DNA of 64,000 bases from the IMG/VR virus record IMGVR_UViG_3300026189_001009, positions 59,632 through 123,631 of that record; one strand, given 5' to 3'. Each line of letters opens with the position of its first letter. Within the stretch, counting starts at the first letter, position 1. Under the pieces are notes generated by a model. The model saw only the letters and a list, made by a program, of their open reading frames with translations, was not told the origin of the DNA and did not search any database. Shown here in pieces: positions 36,675 to 47,219 of this stretch. The stretch is from a virus. A program made the position numbers and the translations under genes.

Positions 36675-36732
36675 GACAAATAAAAGGTTGTGTTTTATTG
36701 TAAATGTGTTACAATAATGAAAGGATTAAATT

Positions 36733-37251
36733 ATGGACAAAAGTAAAATAAAGAAACCTTTCTTTTTAACTAAAGAGTACTGGAGTACTAAAGGCACAGA
36801 AAAACAAAAAGCAGAAGCCAAGTACAAGCTATCTGGTGAAGAGTTAGAAAGAAAATTAGTTGACATTGAGTATGAAGATGACAATGCTGATAAAAAAGTC
36901 AAGCTATTAGAAATTGATAGAAAGTATGGAAAAATTACTGATATTGAATTTAAAAAGCAATCGGCTACTGCCAAAGATGAACCTTATGTAGGTGTGCTTG
37001 AAACTCATTTCGACCCAACCAAACCCAAAAATGGATTCTTTGAACTTGATTGGAATGACAAATTTATAGAAAACTTACAAACAAATGGCTATCATGGTGA
37101 GACAGATGAAGAAGTTGTTAATAAATGGTTTAATGATTTGTGCAAGAATATCATGCTTGAAGACATGGATCAAGATGTAGTAGCTGAATTACAGAGCAAC
37201 ATTAAAGAAAGTAAAAAAGATCTTGGGGATGGAAAAGTTGAGTATAGCTAA
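36733..37251 (+). CDS. Phage hypothetical protein
   Basis: GFFELDWN motif. Confidence 0.7.
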   Translation: MDKSKIKKPFFLTKEYWSTKGTEKQKAEAKYKLSGEELERKLVDIEYEDDNADKKVKLLEIDRKYGKITDIEFKKQSATAKDEPYVGVLETHFDPTKPKNGFFELDWNDKFIENLQTNGYHGETDEEVVNKWFNDLCKNIMLEDMDQDVVAELQSNIKESKKDLGDGKVEYS

Positions 37252-37708
37252 TATTTTTAAAAATAGAAAAAGAATTATATATGACAGGGGAGGCACAACA
37301 CCTTACCTTGTTCGTTATTATGTTTTTTTAAAAGACAGAAAAGATTTTCCTTTTAATATTACATTACATAAAGTTCTAGTAAGTGATGAACCTACATTAC
37401 ATGATCATCCATGGGACTGGGGTGCAATGATATTGAAAGGCGGGTATTGGGAACATACCTTAGAAGGCAAGTTCTGGAGAGGACCAGGACATATTAGATT
37501 TAGAAAAGCTGAAGACTTACATTGGCTAGAGTTAGCTAAAGATAAAGATGGCAACGAAATACCATGTTGGAGTCTTTTTTATATGGGTAAGAAGAAAAAA
37601 GAATGGGGATTTGTTAAAGACGGTCAATGGGTCGAAAGCGAGTTGTATCTTCAACAAACAGATCCTAGACACAATCAATGGGGAGTACATGGGGAGCCAC
37701 GTAGATGA
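37223..37708 (+). CDS. Cupin-like protein
   Basis: LHDHPW, GGYWE, distal H; start uncertain. Confidence 0.6.
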   Translation: MGMEKLSIANIFKNRKRIIYDRGGTTPYLVRYYVFLKDRKDFPFNITLHKVLVSDEPTLHDHPWDWGAMILKGGYWEHTLEGKFWRGPGHIRFRKAEDLHWLELAKDKDGNEIPCWSLFYMGKKKKEWGFVKDGQWVESELYLQQTDPRHNQWGVHGEPRR

Positions 37709-38673
37709 CATACATTTTAGTTGATACGCAGAATATGTTTTTTAGAGCAAGACACGTCAGTCAACGAGCAAGTAGCTTAGATGAAAAGATAGGTCTGTCG
37801 TTCCATATAATGTTTAATTCAATTAAGAAGGCTTACAATATGTTCAATGGAGGTCATGTTGTATTTTGTTTAGAAGGTCGTAGTTGGCGTAAAGATGTAT
37901 ATGCTCCGTATAAGAAAAATAGAAAAGTTGTACTAGATAAACGATCAGTATCAGAACAAGAAGAAGACAAGTATTGGTGGGAAGCATACGATGACTTCTT
38001 AGAATTTATAAAAACACAAACTAATTGTAGTGCAGTAAGATCTAGTATTGCCGAAGCAGATGATGTTATAGCTCTTTGGATTGAAACACACGAGCAACAT
38101 AAAAATATTATTGTTAGTACTGACAGTGACTTTTATCAATTAATTAGACCAAATGTATCTTTATACAATGGAGTAACAAATCAAATCGTTACAGCAAATG
38201 GTTTTTATGACGAAAAAGATAATGCTGTCATAGATAAAAAAACAGGACAGCCGAAAGGTGCACCAGAACCTGAGTGGTTATTATTTGAAAAATGTATAAG
38301 AGGTGATAGTTCTGATAATGTGTTTACAGCATTTCCTAAAGCAAGAACAACTAAAATTAGAGAAGCATTTAACGATAGAGAGAATCAAGGCTTTGTATGG
38401 AATAACTTTATGATGAATAGATGGACAGATCATGAAGGCGTAGAACAACGAGTTAAAGATTGTTATGAAAGAAATAAACAATTAATTGATTTAACTCAAC
38501 AACCAGAAAATGTAAGAGCAGATGTGTTTCAACAAATTTACGAAGCACAAAATCCAACAGAAGTAGATCAAGTAGGTGTAAGGTTTATGAAGTTTTGTAA
38601 CAAATATGATTTAAATAGACTTTCTGAACATCCTACAGATCACGCAAAATACTTGAATCAGACATACGCATGA
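37705..38673 (+). CDS. rnh: T4 RNase H-like 5'-3' exonuclease
   Basis: LVD, YK.NR, EADD, STDSDF.QL, GDSSDN. Confidence 0.85.
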   Translation: MTYILVDTQNMFFRARHVSQRASSLDEKIGLSFHIMFNSIKKAYNMFNGGHVVFCLEGRSWRKDVYAPYKKNRKVVLDKRSVSEQEEDKYWWEAYDDFLEFIKTQTNCSAVRSSIAEADDVIALWIETHEQHKNIIVSTDSDFYQLIRPNVSLYNGVTNQIVTANGFYDEKDNAVIDKKTGQPKGAPEPEWLLFEKCIRGDSSDNVFTAFPKARTTKIREAFNDRENQGFVWNNFMMNRWTDHEGVEQRVKDCYERNKQLIDLTQQPENVRADVFQQIYEAQNPTEVDQVGVRFMKFCNKYDLNRLSEHPTDHAKYLNQTYA

Positions 38674-39158
38674 AATACGCAAAACCAGTAATTGAAGATA
38701 AGTTTTGGATAGTAAAGGACGAATCAGTTAATATTGCTACAATTGAAAAAAGGAAAGATTCTTTTGTTGTAATTGAAAGTAATGTTAAAACTGAATTAAG
38801 TACAGTAAATGATATTAATGAATTATTTGGTGAAGACATTTTTAATAATATACCAATGTCACAATCAAAACCAATTCATCAAAAATTTGATATAGATGGG
38901 TATCCTGTTAAAGTAGAACCTTTCAATATTGAATGGTTTGACAAAATTCCTACGTTTACAAAGTCCCAAAAAAGCAGTGATAGATACTGTGCTGGGTTTT
39001 ATGGCGTTAGGTTTGAGGGCGGTACATTCTTAAGTAATAACCCAAAACTTACAACTATTACAGAAAAATGTGTTGATTTTATAGGTCCGTTTAAAACAGA
39101 GATGGAAGCCAGTATAAATATCAGTACAAGAAAGCAAAAGATAAAAAGCAACATATAA
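38670..39158 (+). CDS. Phage hypothetical protein
   Basis: ATGA overlap. Confidence 0.65.
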   Translation: MKYAKPVIEDKFWIVKDESVNIATIEKRKDSFVVIESNVKTELSTVNDINELFGEDIFNNIPMSQSKPIHQKFDIDGYPVKVEPFNIEWFDKIPTFTKSQKSSDRYCAGFYGVRFEGGTFLSNNPKLTTITEKCVDFIGPFKTEMEASINISTRKQKIKSNI

Positions 39159-39162
39159 AAAA

Positions 39163-39360
39163 ATGACATATCCAACAATAGAACTTTTTAGCAAGATGGT
39201 TAAAAATACCAAAAATCTTAGGCAAAAAGAAATGAGATTAAGTGTGGAACAAGCAGTTGATCTTTTAAGTGAAATCACTCAAGTGATGGCAAGTTCAGAA
39301 ACAAAAGAACCAGTAATTAGAATTGAAGAAACGAGTTATGATGCAGGCGGATTCAAATGA
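39163..39360 (+). CDS. Hypothetical protein
   Basis: DAGGF C-terminus. Confidence 0.6.
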   Translation: MTYPTIELFSKMVKNTKNLRQKEMRLSVEQAVDLLSEITQVMASSETKEPVIRIEETSYDAGGFK

Positions 39361-40394
39361 GATTCCTATTAGTATTATTCTTTTTGATATCATTTCCATC
39401 AATGGCTTCTCATTATGCTGATAACATTGACGATAGGTATGAAGAAATAAGTCATGCGATTGTTCTTATATCAAGCACTAGAGCGAATGAAAAAGATGCC
39501 GGAAACCCTTTAGATAAATTTGTAGGTCCACCAGGACCAGATGCCCCACCGACACGGGAAGGATACGGAATGGGTACAGGCTTTTTTATATCTGATACAC
39601 ATATTGTAACAAACTATCACGTTATTAAAGGTTCCACAGAATTAACAATTTATGCATACGGTTGGCCTTTTGAAATCACTGATGCAAAAATTATAGGTTA
39701 CAGCGAAGCGATTGATATAGCTGTTTTAGAAATACCAGAAGATTCAATATTCCCAAAAAAGATATTAAAGTGGAAAACTGATAAAGCCAAGGTTGGAGAA
39801 AAAGTATACGGACTAGGACACGGACTAGGACAGTTTTGGAGTTTAACTGAAGGCATTATTAGTAGTGTTTATAGACCTGGGTTTGTAACAACCTTTGTTC
39901 ATTACTATCAAACTGATGCAGTAATCAACCAAGGAAACAGTGGAGGTCCATTACTAGATGATGAAGGTCATGTAATCGGAGTCAACACAATGATATGGTC
40001 TCCAACATCTTACTATATTGGATATGGATATGCAGTTCCAAGTATACTAGCTAAGATTGTTGCAGAACAAATTATTGAAACCGGAGAATTTAAAATACCA
40101 TCTATCGGAATACAGATGGGAGTAACAGAAGATAGACAACTATACTCTTTAGTACGAGAACTAGGATTTGATTCAGTGTTAGAAATAAAAGCTATTTCAC
40201 CTGACTCAAGTGCTGAAACTTTTGGTTTACTTGCAGGAGATTTAATTGTAGAAGTAGACAATGAAGAGGTTCTATTCTCACCTGATATTATCGAAATGCT
40301 ATGGAAAAAAAGTCCAGGTGATGAATTACTAATTAAACTAATTAGAGATGGTGAAATAATAACAATCGATTTAATTTTAGGAGAAGCTGAATGA
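39357..40394 (+). CDS. HtrA/DegP-like serine protease with PDZ domain
   Basis: Signal peptide, TNYHV, DIAVL, GNSGGP, C-terminal PDZ. Confidence 0.9.
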   Translation: MRFLLVLFFLISFPSMASHYADNIDDRYEEISHAIVLISSTRANEKDAGNPLDKFVGPPGPDAPPTREGYGMGTGFFISDTHIVTNYHVIKGSTELTIYAYGWPFEITDAKIIGYSEAIDIAVLEIPEDSIFPKKILKWKTDKAKVGEKVYGLGHGLGQFWSLTEGIISSVYRPGFVTTFVHYYQTDAVINQGNSGGPLLDDEGHVIGVNTMIWSPTSYYIGYGYAVPSILAKIVAEQIIETGEFKIPSIGIQMGVTEDRQLYSLVRELGFDSVLEIKAISPDSSAETFGLLAGDLIVEVDNEEVLFSPDIIEMLWKKSPGDELLIKLIRDGEIITIDLILGEAE

Positions 40395-40609
40395 AGGTAT
40401 TAGTGTACACAAAAAACAGTTGTGGCTACTGTAACATGGCTAAAACACTGTTAAAAAGCAAAAATATACAGTTTGAAGAAATCAATATTGAAGATCAGCC
40501 CGAAGCACGTAACTTTGTAATCAACGAAGGACATAGAACAATGCCCCAGATTTACATTGATGACAAGTCTATAGGCGGATATGACGCTTTAAAGAACCAC
40601 CTAGCATAG
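40391..40609 (+). CDS. Glutaredoxin
   Basis: CGYC, TMPQI, IGGY. Confidence 0.92.
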   Translation: MKVLVYTKNSCGYCNMAKTLLKSKNIQFEEINIEDQPEARNFVINEGHRTMPQIYIDDKSIGGYDALKNHLA

Positions 40610-40630
40610 ACTGTTCTGATAAATATTAAT

Positions 40631-41128
40631 ATGATTAATACTACAGACACAGTCAACAACCATTACAAAGTACATAAAAACGGTAGTTTATTAGATGTAC
40701 TAATTGAGTTTGATCAGTTCTTAGATGACTTAGACGTATACAGTTACGCAAATTGGTTTGACGGTGAAATAATCGATGGACCAAACTTATCAAGACATTG
40801 GTGCGAAATAACATTGATGTATCCATTTGATAAGATGCCTGATCCAGCTGGCGGAGAAAGACTAGTTAATAGACGTTGTAAAGTTTACTACAAAGAAGAT
40901 TTTTACAATGAACCTAGAAGAGTTGAATCACCAGATGATTATGAATCCGGAACTAAAAAACCTAAGATAGATAGAATACCTGTATGGACAGTGAAGATTA
41001 AAATTCCAAAGAAATATGTGTTGATATACGATAAGACTGAAGCTGATAGTGAAGAACTACAACGAGGATATCAACAAGGATTAGATGATGAGACTAGACA
41101 ATCTGGTAACAGCGAACAAGAAATCTAA
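40631..41128 (+). CDS. Late-expressed phage hypothetical protein
   Basis: TAAATA 40620-40625 with ATG at +6. Confidence 0.7.
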   Translation: MINTTDTVNNHYKVHKNGSLLDVLIEFDQFLDDLDVYSYANWFDGEIIDGPNLSRHWCEITLMYPFDKMPDPAGGERLVNRRCKVYYKEDFYNEPRRVESPDDYESGTKKPKIDRIPVWTVKIKIPKKYVLIYDKTEADSEELQRGYQQGLDDETRQSGNSEQEI

Positions 41129-41504
41129 GATCAGCGAAGGTCTTAGAATAGGAGATTTAGAAAACCTAGTTTCTCCAAAAATCTCAATTGATGAATTTGA
41201 AGCAAAGAGTGGTAGCGAAAACGAAGTTTTGGTTGTTGCTTTTTATGTAAAAGATGACCAACCAGCTATGGACTTGGCTACATTCATTGAAAGAGGATCA
41301 AACAAAGTTATTGATACAGAAGTTTCACCAGCACCAGATGATGATGGACACTATCTGGTATTTGTAGAAATTAATAAAGACGAAACAGCTATGCCAACAG
41401 TTTTAAAAATTCTTAAGGACTTAAAACAATTAGTTGATGTTGATGTATGGGAATTTAATTTTTACAAAAATGGTACTGTAGAAGTAGCAAAGGAGATTTT
41501 ATAA
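41085..41504 (+). CDS. Phage hypothetical protein
   Basis: ISE-GLR junction like the leader-bearing proteins. Confidence 0.65.
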   Translation: MMRLDNLVTANKKSKISEGLRIGDLENLVSPKISIDEFEAKSGSENEVLVVAFYVKDDQPAMDLATFIERGSNKVIDTEVSPAPDDDGHYLVFVEINKDETAMPTVLKILKDLKQLVDVDVWEFNFYKNGTVEVAKEIL

Positions 41505-41505
41505 T

Positions 41506-41658
41506 ATGTTAGACAAACTTAAAAAATTCGAATCATTAGAAGGACTAGGAATAGTTCTATTTTGTTTATTAATAATCGTGTTTGGCCCACTAGCTAAATT
41601 ATTAGCATACGGTGGAGTAGCCTGGGGCGTTTATAAACTTTATAAAGCAATAAAATAA
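41506..41658 (+). CDS. 50-aa two-helix membrane protein
   Basis: AGGAG SD; MLDKLKKFESLEGLGIVLFCLLIIVFGPLAKLLAYGG; not in track. Confidence 0.6.
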   Translation: MLDKLKKFESLEGLGIVLFCLLIIVFGPLAKLLAYGGVAWGVYKLYKAIK

Positions 41659-41659
41659 T

Positions 41660-41905
41660 ATGTGGTTCTTTCTTATAAAAGCTATAACTGGTAGCATTAT
41701 TGGTAATGCAACAGCAACTTGGTTCAAAAAAACCAAAATGGGTACATGGTTTTACAATAAAGTAGACGGATGGTACAACTGGGCGGCAGATAGATATAAT
41801 GTAAAAATTTTAACGGAAGAAGAAAAGCAAATGGCAAAGTTTCCTGCGTTGAGAAAAAGATTAGATAGTATTGAAAAACAATTAAAAGAACTAAAGAAAA
41901 AATAG
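41660..41905 (+). CDS. Small amphipathic protein
   Basis: Trp-rich N-half, coiled-coil tail. Confidence 0.6.
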   Translation: MWFFLIKAITGSIIGNATATWFKKTKMGTWFYNKVDGWYNWAADRYNVKILTEEEKQMAKFPALRKRLDSIEKQLKELKKK

Positions 41906-41909
41906 TACA

Positions 41910-42728
41910 ATGTCAAAGATAGCCTCAAAAACACAAGGCAAAAGAAAAGTTAAGCCAGAACCAGAAATTGATTACACAAAATTCAATTTAGAGTTATGTA
42001 CAAGACTTGCAGGAATAAGTGCCGCAAGTTATAGAGCAGAAAAAGTTTTTATTCATCATATTAGAGCTTTAGATATGCCAGATCATAAATTTGAATTAAT
42101 ATCTTCGGACAATGCTCAAGCATATATTATTTGGAACAATAAAGAAATAATTATCAGTTGGAGAGGTACAGAACCAAAAGAGTGGAAAGATATTACAGCA
42201 GACTTAAAATTTAGAAAACAAGTTGGAAACTTTGGTAAAGTACATAGAGGATTCAAAGGATATGTTGATAAAATTTGGCCACAGATAGAAAAAAGAGTAA
42301 AAGAACTTACAAAAGGTAAATGGATAAAAATATATGTTACTGGCCATTCATTAGGCGGAGCCGCGGCGGCAATCTGTACACAACGACTAGAAGAAAATTA
42401 TCATGTGTCAAGTTGTTACACATATGGGTCACCAAGACCGGGCGGATATAAATTTGCCTTAGGTTTTAAAACGCCAGTGTTTAGAGTTAGAAATAATAAT
42501 GATATCGTTACTAAAGTTCCTTTAGCAATCATGGGATACAAACACGTTGGTAAATTATGTTATCTAGATACTAAAGGAGATTTAAGAACTGGTAGAATAG
42601 GTTGGACAACACTTTTTAAAAATTGGGTAAGAGGACAGTTTTCTAGAATTGGTGATGGATTAAGAGATCATGCAATAGGTGATTATCATTCTTTATTAGA
42701 TAAAGCAAAAAGGATACATAAAAAATAA
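41910..42728 (+). CDS. Class 3 lipase
   Basis: RGT, VHRGF, TGHSLGG, DIV, DH. Confidence 0.9.
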   Translation: MSKIASKTQGKRKVKPEPEIDYTKFNLELCTRLAGISAASYRAEKVFIHHIRALDMPDHKFELISSDNAQAYIIWNNKEIIISWRGTEPKEWKDITADLKFRKQVGNFGKVHRGFKGYVDKIWPQIEKRVKELTKGKWIKIYVTGHSLGGAAAAICTQRLEENYHVSSCYTYGSPRPGGYKFALGFKTPVFRVRNNNDIVTKVPLAIMGYKHVGKLCYLDTKGDLRTGRIGWTTLFKNWVRGQFSRIGDGLRDHAIGDYHSLLDKAKRIHKK

Positions 42729-43201
42729 TGTTTGGTTCAGTTAGAATAATTTTTACTATGATAATAATTGCCGGAATAGCCGGAGCAGGAATGTATGTAA
42801 TGAAGTTACGTTCAGACAATGCTATACTTAAAGCAAACCAGATTGAACTTGAACAAGGTATAGAATCACAAAAGCAATTACTAGACCAACAAAAAGAAGA
42901 CTTTGAAGATATATTAGAATCAAATAAACAGCTAAACAAATTAATTAATACATTAAAAAAAGACCTAGATGAATTAGATAAAAGATTTAACAAAGGCAAA
43001 AGAGATGTGGGCAAACTTGCAATTGAAAAGCCAAAGCCAGTTGAAAGAATAATCAACAAAGGGGCGGAGAACGCCATGAGATGTGTTGAATTGGCCTCAG
43101 GTGCACCACACACAGAAAAGGAGTTGAAGGCAACCAAGAAGTCGGAAATCAATCCAGAATGTCCGGCACTAGCAAATCCTTCTTACGTACCATATGAATA
43201 A
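42728..43201 (+). CDS. Putative inner-membrane spanin
   Basis: N-terminal TM, long coiled coil, C-terminal Cys pair. Confidence 0.55.
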   Translation: MFGSVRIIFTMIIIAGIAGAGMYVMKLRSDNAILKANQIELEQGIESQKQLLDQQKEDFEDILESNKQLNKLINTLKKDLDELDKRFNKGKRDVGKLAIEKPKPVERIINKGAENAMRCVELASGAPHTEKELKATKKSEINPECPALANPSYVPYE

Positions 43202-43661
43202 ATTTATTGAATGGCATAATAAACAAATAGACTGGTGGAAGAACAAGTTAAAAGTTAGTTGGTATACTGTAACTTGGATAGCATTTGTAAAAGGTGCTTT
43301 GTTAGTATTATTAATTTTTATGTTAACAGGGTGTGCAATTGGTGAAAGAAAAATTAAGATATTCTCAGTTGAAGAACCAAGACAAAAATTAGAGCATCCA
43401 ATGCCTACTCCATTAGAACTTGAGAAGCTACAATGGATAATCATCAACAGTGAAAATGCAGACGAAGTGTTTGCTAAAATGGAATCACAAGGATTGGATC
43501 CTGTATTATTTGGTTTATCCGACAAGGATTTTGAATTATTGGCTAAAAACTTTGCACAGATAAGAGCAAAGCTTCAAGAAACAAATACACTATTAGAAGA
43601 ATATAAAAAATATTACGAAGACTACGAAAAAGAAAAAGCTTCGGAAAAACCAACAAAATAA
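43194..43661 (+). CDS. Putative outer-membrane spanin lipoprotein
   Basis: Hydrophobic stretch ending in LTGC lipobox, Pro-rich segment. Confidence 0.55.
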   Translation: MNKFIEWHNKQIDWWKNKLKVSWYTVTWIAFVKGALLVLLIFMLTGCAIGERKIKIFSVEEPRQKLEHPMPTPLELEKLQWIIINSENADEVFAKMESQGLDPVLFGLSDKDFELLAKNFAQIRAKLQETNTLLEEYKKYYEDYEKEKASEKPTK

Positions 43662-43706
43662 TAAGTATTCACTTGACATTTTTCAAATCAATGTTATATT
43701 ATACTA

Positions 43707-44537
43707 ATGCAAGATCCATACGAAACTCTTGGTGTAAATCGAAATACTTCTCCGGAAGACATCAAGAAATCTTATAAAAAGTTAGCTAAAAAATATCATC
43801 CAGATGTATCTGGTGGTGACGATTCTAAGTTCAAAGAGATCAACGAAGCATATGATATTTTAAAAGACCCACAGAAGAAACAGCAATATGATTTGGGTGG
43901 TTTTGATGATAATGGAATGACACAAGGGTTTGGTTTCTCAGCACATGGATTTGATGATATCATTAAAGATTTCTTTTCATCTGGGCCATCTCGTACAACA
44001 GCATTTCATAGACAACAAATGAGAAATAGAGACGTTAGGATAACATTACGTTGTACTTTAGAAGATATATATTTCCAAACACAAAAGTCGTTGACAGTGC
44101 AACTTCCTAATGGAACATCTAAAATTGTTAATGTTACAATCCCAGTTGATGCTGATGATAATACAACTATTAGATTTAAAGGACTAGGTGATGCATCACA
44201 TGGTAATATGGCACCGGGTAATTTATTAGTACACGTTAAAATAGATAATCATGATGTTTACACAAGAGAACAATTTGATTTACATTGTGATCATAAGATA
44301 AATGTATTTGATGTAATATGTGGATCAAGTTTTTCTTTACCACATATAAGCAACAACCATATTAAAACTACATTACCAGAGTTATCACAACCAACACAAA
44401 TACTAAGGTTTAAAGGACGTGGAATGCCCAAGCATAACGGCACCCATGGAGATCTTTATGTACACTTAAAACCCTTCACACCAACGACCGTAAATAGTAG
44501 TATAAAAAAAATGATTAAGGATTACAAAGATGAATAA
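43707..44537 (+). CDS. DnaJ/CbpA-type chaperone lacking the zinc finger
   Basis: HPD J-domain and C-terminal domain; TTGACA-N16-TATATT at 43673-43700. Confidence 0.9.
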   Translation: MQDPYETLGVNRNTSPEDIKKSYKKLAKKYHPDVSGGDDSKFKEINEAYDILKDPQKKQQYDLGGFDDNGMTQGFGFSAHGFDDIIKDFFSSGPSRTTAFHRQQMRNRDVRITLRCTLEDIYFQTQKSLTVQLPNGTSKIVNVTIPVDADDNTTIRFKGLGDASHGNMAPGNLLVHVKIDNHDVYTREQFDLHCDHKINVFDVICGSSFSLPHISNNHIKTTLPELSQPTQILRFKGRGMPKHNGTHGDLYVHLKPFTPTTVNSSIKKMIKDYKDE

Positions 44538-44988
44538 CTTAAAAATGGTTGAAAGCACTGATGAAATTCTAAGAACAGTATGTGATCCTGTGTTGGAAAA
44601 TGAATTGCAATTAATAAAAGATTATAGTCGCGAAATGTATCAAATTATGTTAGAATACAATGGTATCGGACTTGCGGCTCCGCAGGTTGGTATTAATAAA
44701 CGATTTTTTATATACGGTGATAAAAGTAATATGGAATTAGTAATTAACCCTGAATTTTTAGATAAGGATTTTAGTGATCAAGAAATTATTTCAGAAGGTT
44801 GTTTAAGTTTTCCAGGATTACAAGTTGATGTTGAAAGGCCAGCTAAAGTAACAATGAAATGGAAAGACAAAGACTGGAATGATAGAACAGCTAAAGTAGA
44901 TGGTTACTTTGCCAGAGTTTGGCAACATGAAGCTGATCATCTAGATGGTCTATGCATAGACAGGTTTCTTAAGAAAGAAGATATATAA
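44530..44988 (+). CDS. def: Peptide deformylase
   Basis: GIGLAAPQ, EGCLS, QHEADH. Confidence 0.95.
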   Translation: MNNLKMVESTDEILRTVCDPVLENELQLIKDYSREMYQIMLEYNGIGLAAPQVGINKRFFIYGDKSNMELVINPEFLDKDFSDQEIISEGCLSFPGLQVDVERPAKVTMKWKDKDWNDRTAKVDGYFARVWQHEADHLDGLCIDRFLKKEDI

Positions 44989-47219
44989 TGGCAGACAGAA
45001 TAGAAATGATTATTGATAGAGCAATGGACTTTGCTCAAGAACGAGATCACGAGTACGTAACACTCGAACATCTTTTATTAAGTATTTTACAGGAAGACCC
45101 AATTAGAAAAATTATGAAATCTCTTGAAGTTGATGCTAACAGTCTTATGAGAGATCTCGTAGAACATATAGATACTAAAATGTTAGATGTGGTAAGAGAA
45201 AATACACAGCCAAGAAAAACACAGAGTCTTGAAAGAGTTTTCAACAGGGCAGTAACTCAAGTAATCTTTAGTGGTAGAAAAACTTTATTACCGAGAGATA
45301 TTTTAGTTAGTATCCTAAGTGAAAAAGAAAGCTATGCTTGTTATTATATGTTGAAGCATGGACTATCAAGAACTAATTTAGTACAATTCTTAACAAAGGA
45401 ATCGATTGAAAAATATCAAAGAGAAGTTAATTCTGCTATGGGAGTCGATGGTGAAGGTGGCCAACAGAAATTCGAACAGTTCTGTAAGAACCTTAACGAA
45501 GTAGCCCAAGCAGGTGAGATTGATGATATCATCGGAAGAGAAACTGAAATAGATGATATTGCTCATGTTTTAGCTAGAAGAAAAAAGAACAATGTTATTA
45601 TGCTAGGTGAACCAGGTGTTGGTAAAACAGCAATTGCAGAAGGTCTAGCTAAAAAGATTATTCAAAATAATGTACCAAAGCCATTATTAAACAAAACTGT
45701 TTACAGTTTAGACTTAGGTGCCATGGTAGCAGGAACTAAATTTAGAGGTGACTTTGAAGAAAGAGCAAAGCTAGTATTAGATACATTATCTGAAAAAGAT
45801 GATATTATATTATTCATTGACGAAATACATATGATTACAGGTGCAGGTACAGCCGGCAGTTCAAATATGGATATGGCGAACTTGTTAAAGCCTTTACTTG
45901 CAAGAGGTAAGTTACTTTGTATTGGTGCAACCACACCAGAAGAGTTTAGAGAAAACATTGAAAAAGATAGAGCATTGCTAAGAAGATTTCAAAGGTTTGA
46001 TCTTAATCCACCTAATGTTGAAGACACAAAAAAGATTCTTAAAGGATTATCACCTGTTTACGAAAAGTTTCATGAAGTTAAGTTTGAACCACACGTACTA
46101 GATAACATTGTTGATATGTGTGAAAAACATATACATGGTAAGTTTTTTCCAGATAAAGCTATTGACGTAATGGATGCCGCGGCAGTTAGAACTAAATTAA
46201 AAGAAGAACCAACTGTTAATTTAGATACGGCTATGGATGTTGTTAGTAGAATTAGTAGAATACCACTTGCTATGATTAATGTTACTAATAGTGACAGCTA
46301 TGCTGGACTAGAAGGTAATGTTAAAAAGAAAGTGTTTGGACAGGATCAAGCTATTACAAAATTAGTAGATAGTATTTTAATTGCTAAAGCAGGACTAAGA
46401 CCTACTAACAAACCAATTGGTAGTTTTCTTTTCGTTGGTCCAACTGGTGTAGGTAAAACAGAAACTTGTAAACAAGTAGCAGAAAGTTTAAACATAAAAT
46501 TATTAAAATATGATATGTCAGAGTATCAAGAAAGACATTCTGTTTCAAAACTAATCGGTGCTCCTCCAGGATATGTAGGATATGCTGAAGGATCAGCAGG
46601 TGCAGGACAATTGATAAATGATGTTGAGTCACACCCAAACTGTGTATTGCTTTTAGATGAAGTAGAAAAAGCGGCACCTGAAGTATTACAAGTATTATTA
46701 CAAGTAATGGACGATGGTAGATTGAGTAGCTCAACTGGTAAAACAATTAACTTTAGTAAAGTTATTTTGGTTATGACATCTAACTTAGGTGCATCAGCAA
46801 CAGAAAAGTCACCTTTAGGTTTTAGTAAAGTTGATAGACAAGGTGAAGAAGATGATTATATTAAAGGATTCTTTACACCAGAGTTCAGAAACAGATTAGA
46901 TGCTATTGTTAAGTTTGTTAAACTTGATAAGAAAAATGTATTAAGAATTGTAGATAAAAATATTAAAGAAACAAATATATTATTAAAGGATAAAAAAGTT
47001 ACAGTAAAACTTACTTCCGAGGCCAAACATTGGGTACTAGACAAAGGCTATGATCCAAGTATGGGTGCAAGACCAATGCAAAGAGTTTTTGATACAAATA
47101 TCAAAAAACCTTTATCCAAAGAATTACTATTTGGTAAATTGGTTAACGGAGGAACAGTTACAGTTGATGTAGATAAAAATAATAATGAACTGATCATTAA
47201 CTATGAACCAAAAACTTGA
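44988..47219 (+). CDS. clpA: ClpA-like AAA+ unfoldase
   Basis: Clp N-domain, two Walker A motifs, GYVG pore loop, PLGF docking loop, no ClpB middle domain. Confidence 0.9.
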   Translation: MADRIEMIIDRAMDFAQERDHEYVTLEHLLLSILQEDPIRKIMKSLEVDANSLMRDLVEHIDTKMLDVVRENTQPRKTQSLERVFNRAVTQVIFSGRKTLLPRDILVSILSEKESYACYYMLKHGLSRTNLVQFLTKESIEKYQREVNSAMGVDGEGGQQKFEQFCKNLNEVAQAGEIDDIIGRETEIDDIAHVLARRKKNNVIMLGEPGVGKTAIAEGLAKKIIQNNVPKPLLNKTVYSLDLGAMVAGTKFRGDFEERAKLVLDTLSEKDDIILFIDEIHMITGAGTAGSSNMDMANLLKPLLARGKLLCIGATTPEEFRENIEKDRALLRRFQRFDLNPPNVEDTKKILKGLSPVYEKFHEVKFEPHVLDNIVDMCEKHIHGKFFPDKAIDVMDAAAVRTKLKEEPTVNLDTAMDVVSRISRIPLAMINVTNSDSYAGLEGNVKKKVFGQDQAITKLVDSILIAKAGLRPTNKPIGSFLFVGPTGVGKTETCKQVAESLNIKLLKYDMSEYQERHSVSKLIGAPPGYVGYAEGSAGAGQLINDVESHPNCVLLLDEVEKAAPEVLQVLLQVMDDGRLSSSTGKTINFSKVILVMTSNLGASATEKSPLGFSKVDRQGEEDDYIKGFFTPEFRNRLDAIVKFVKLDKKNVLRIVDKNIKETNILLKDKKVTVKLTSEAKHWVLDKGYDPSMGARPMQRVFDTNIKKPLSKELLFGKLVNGGTVTVDVDKNNNELIINYEPKT

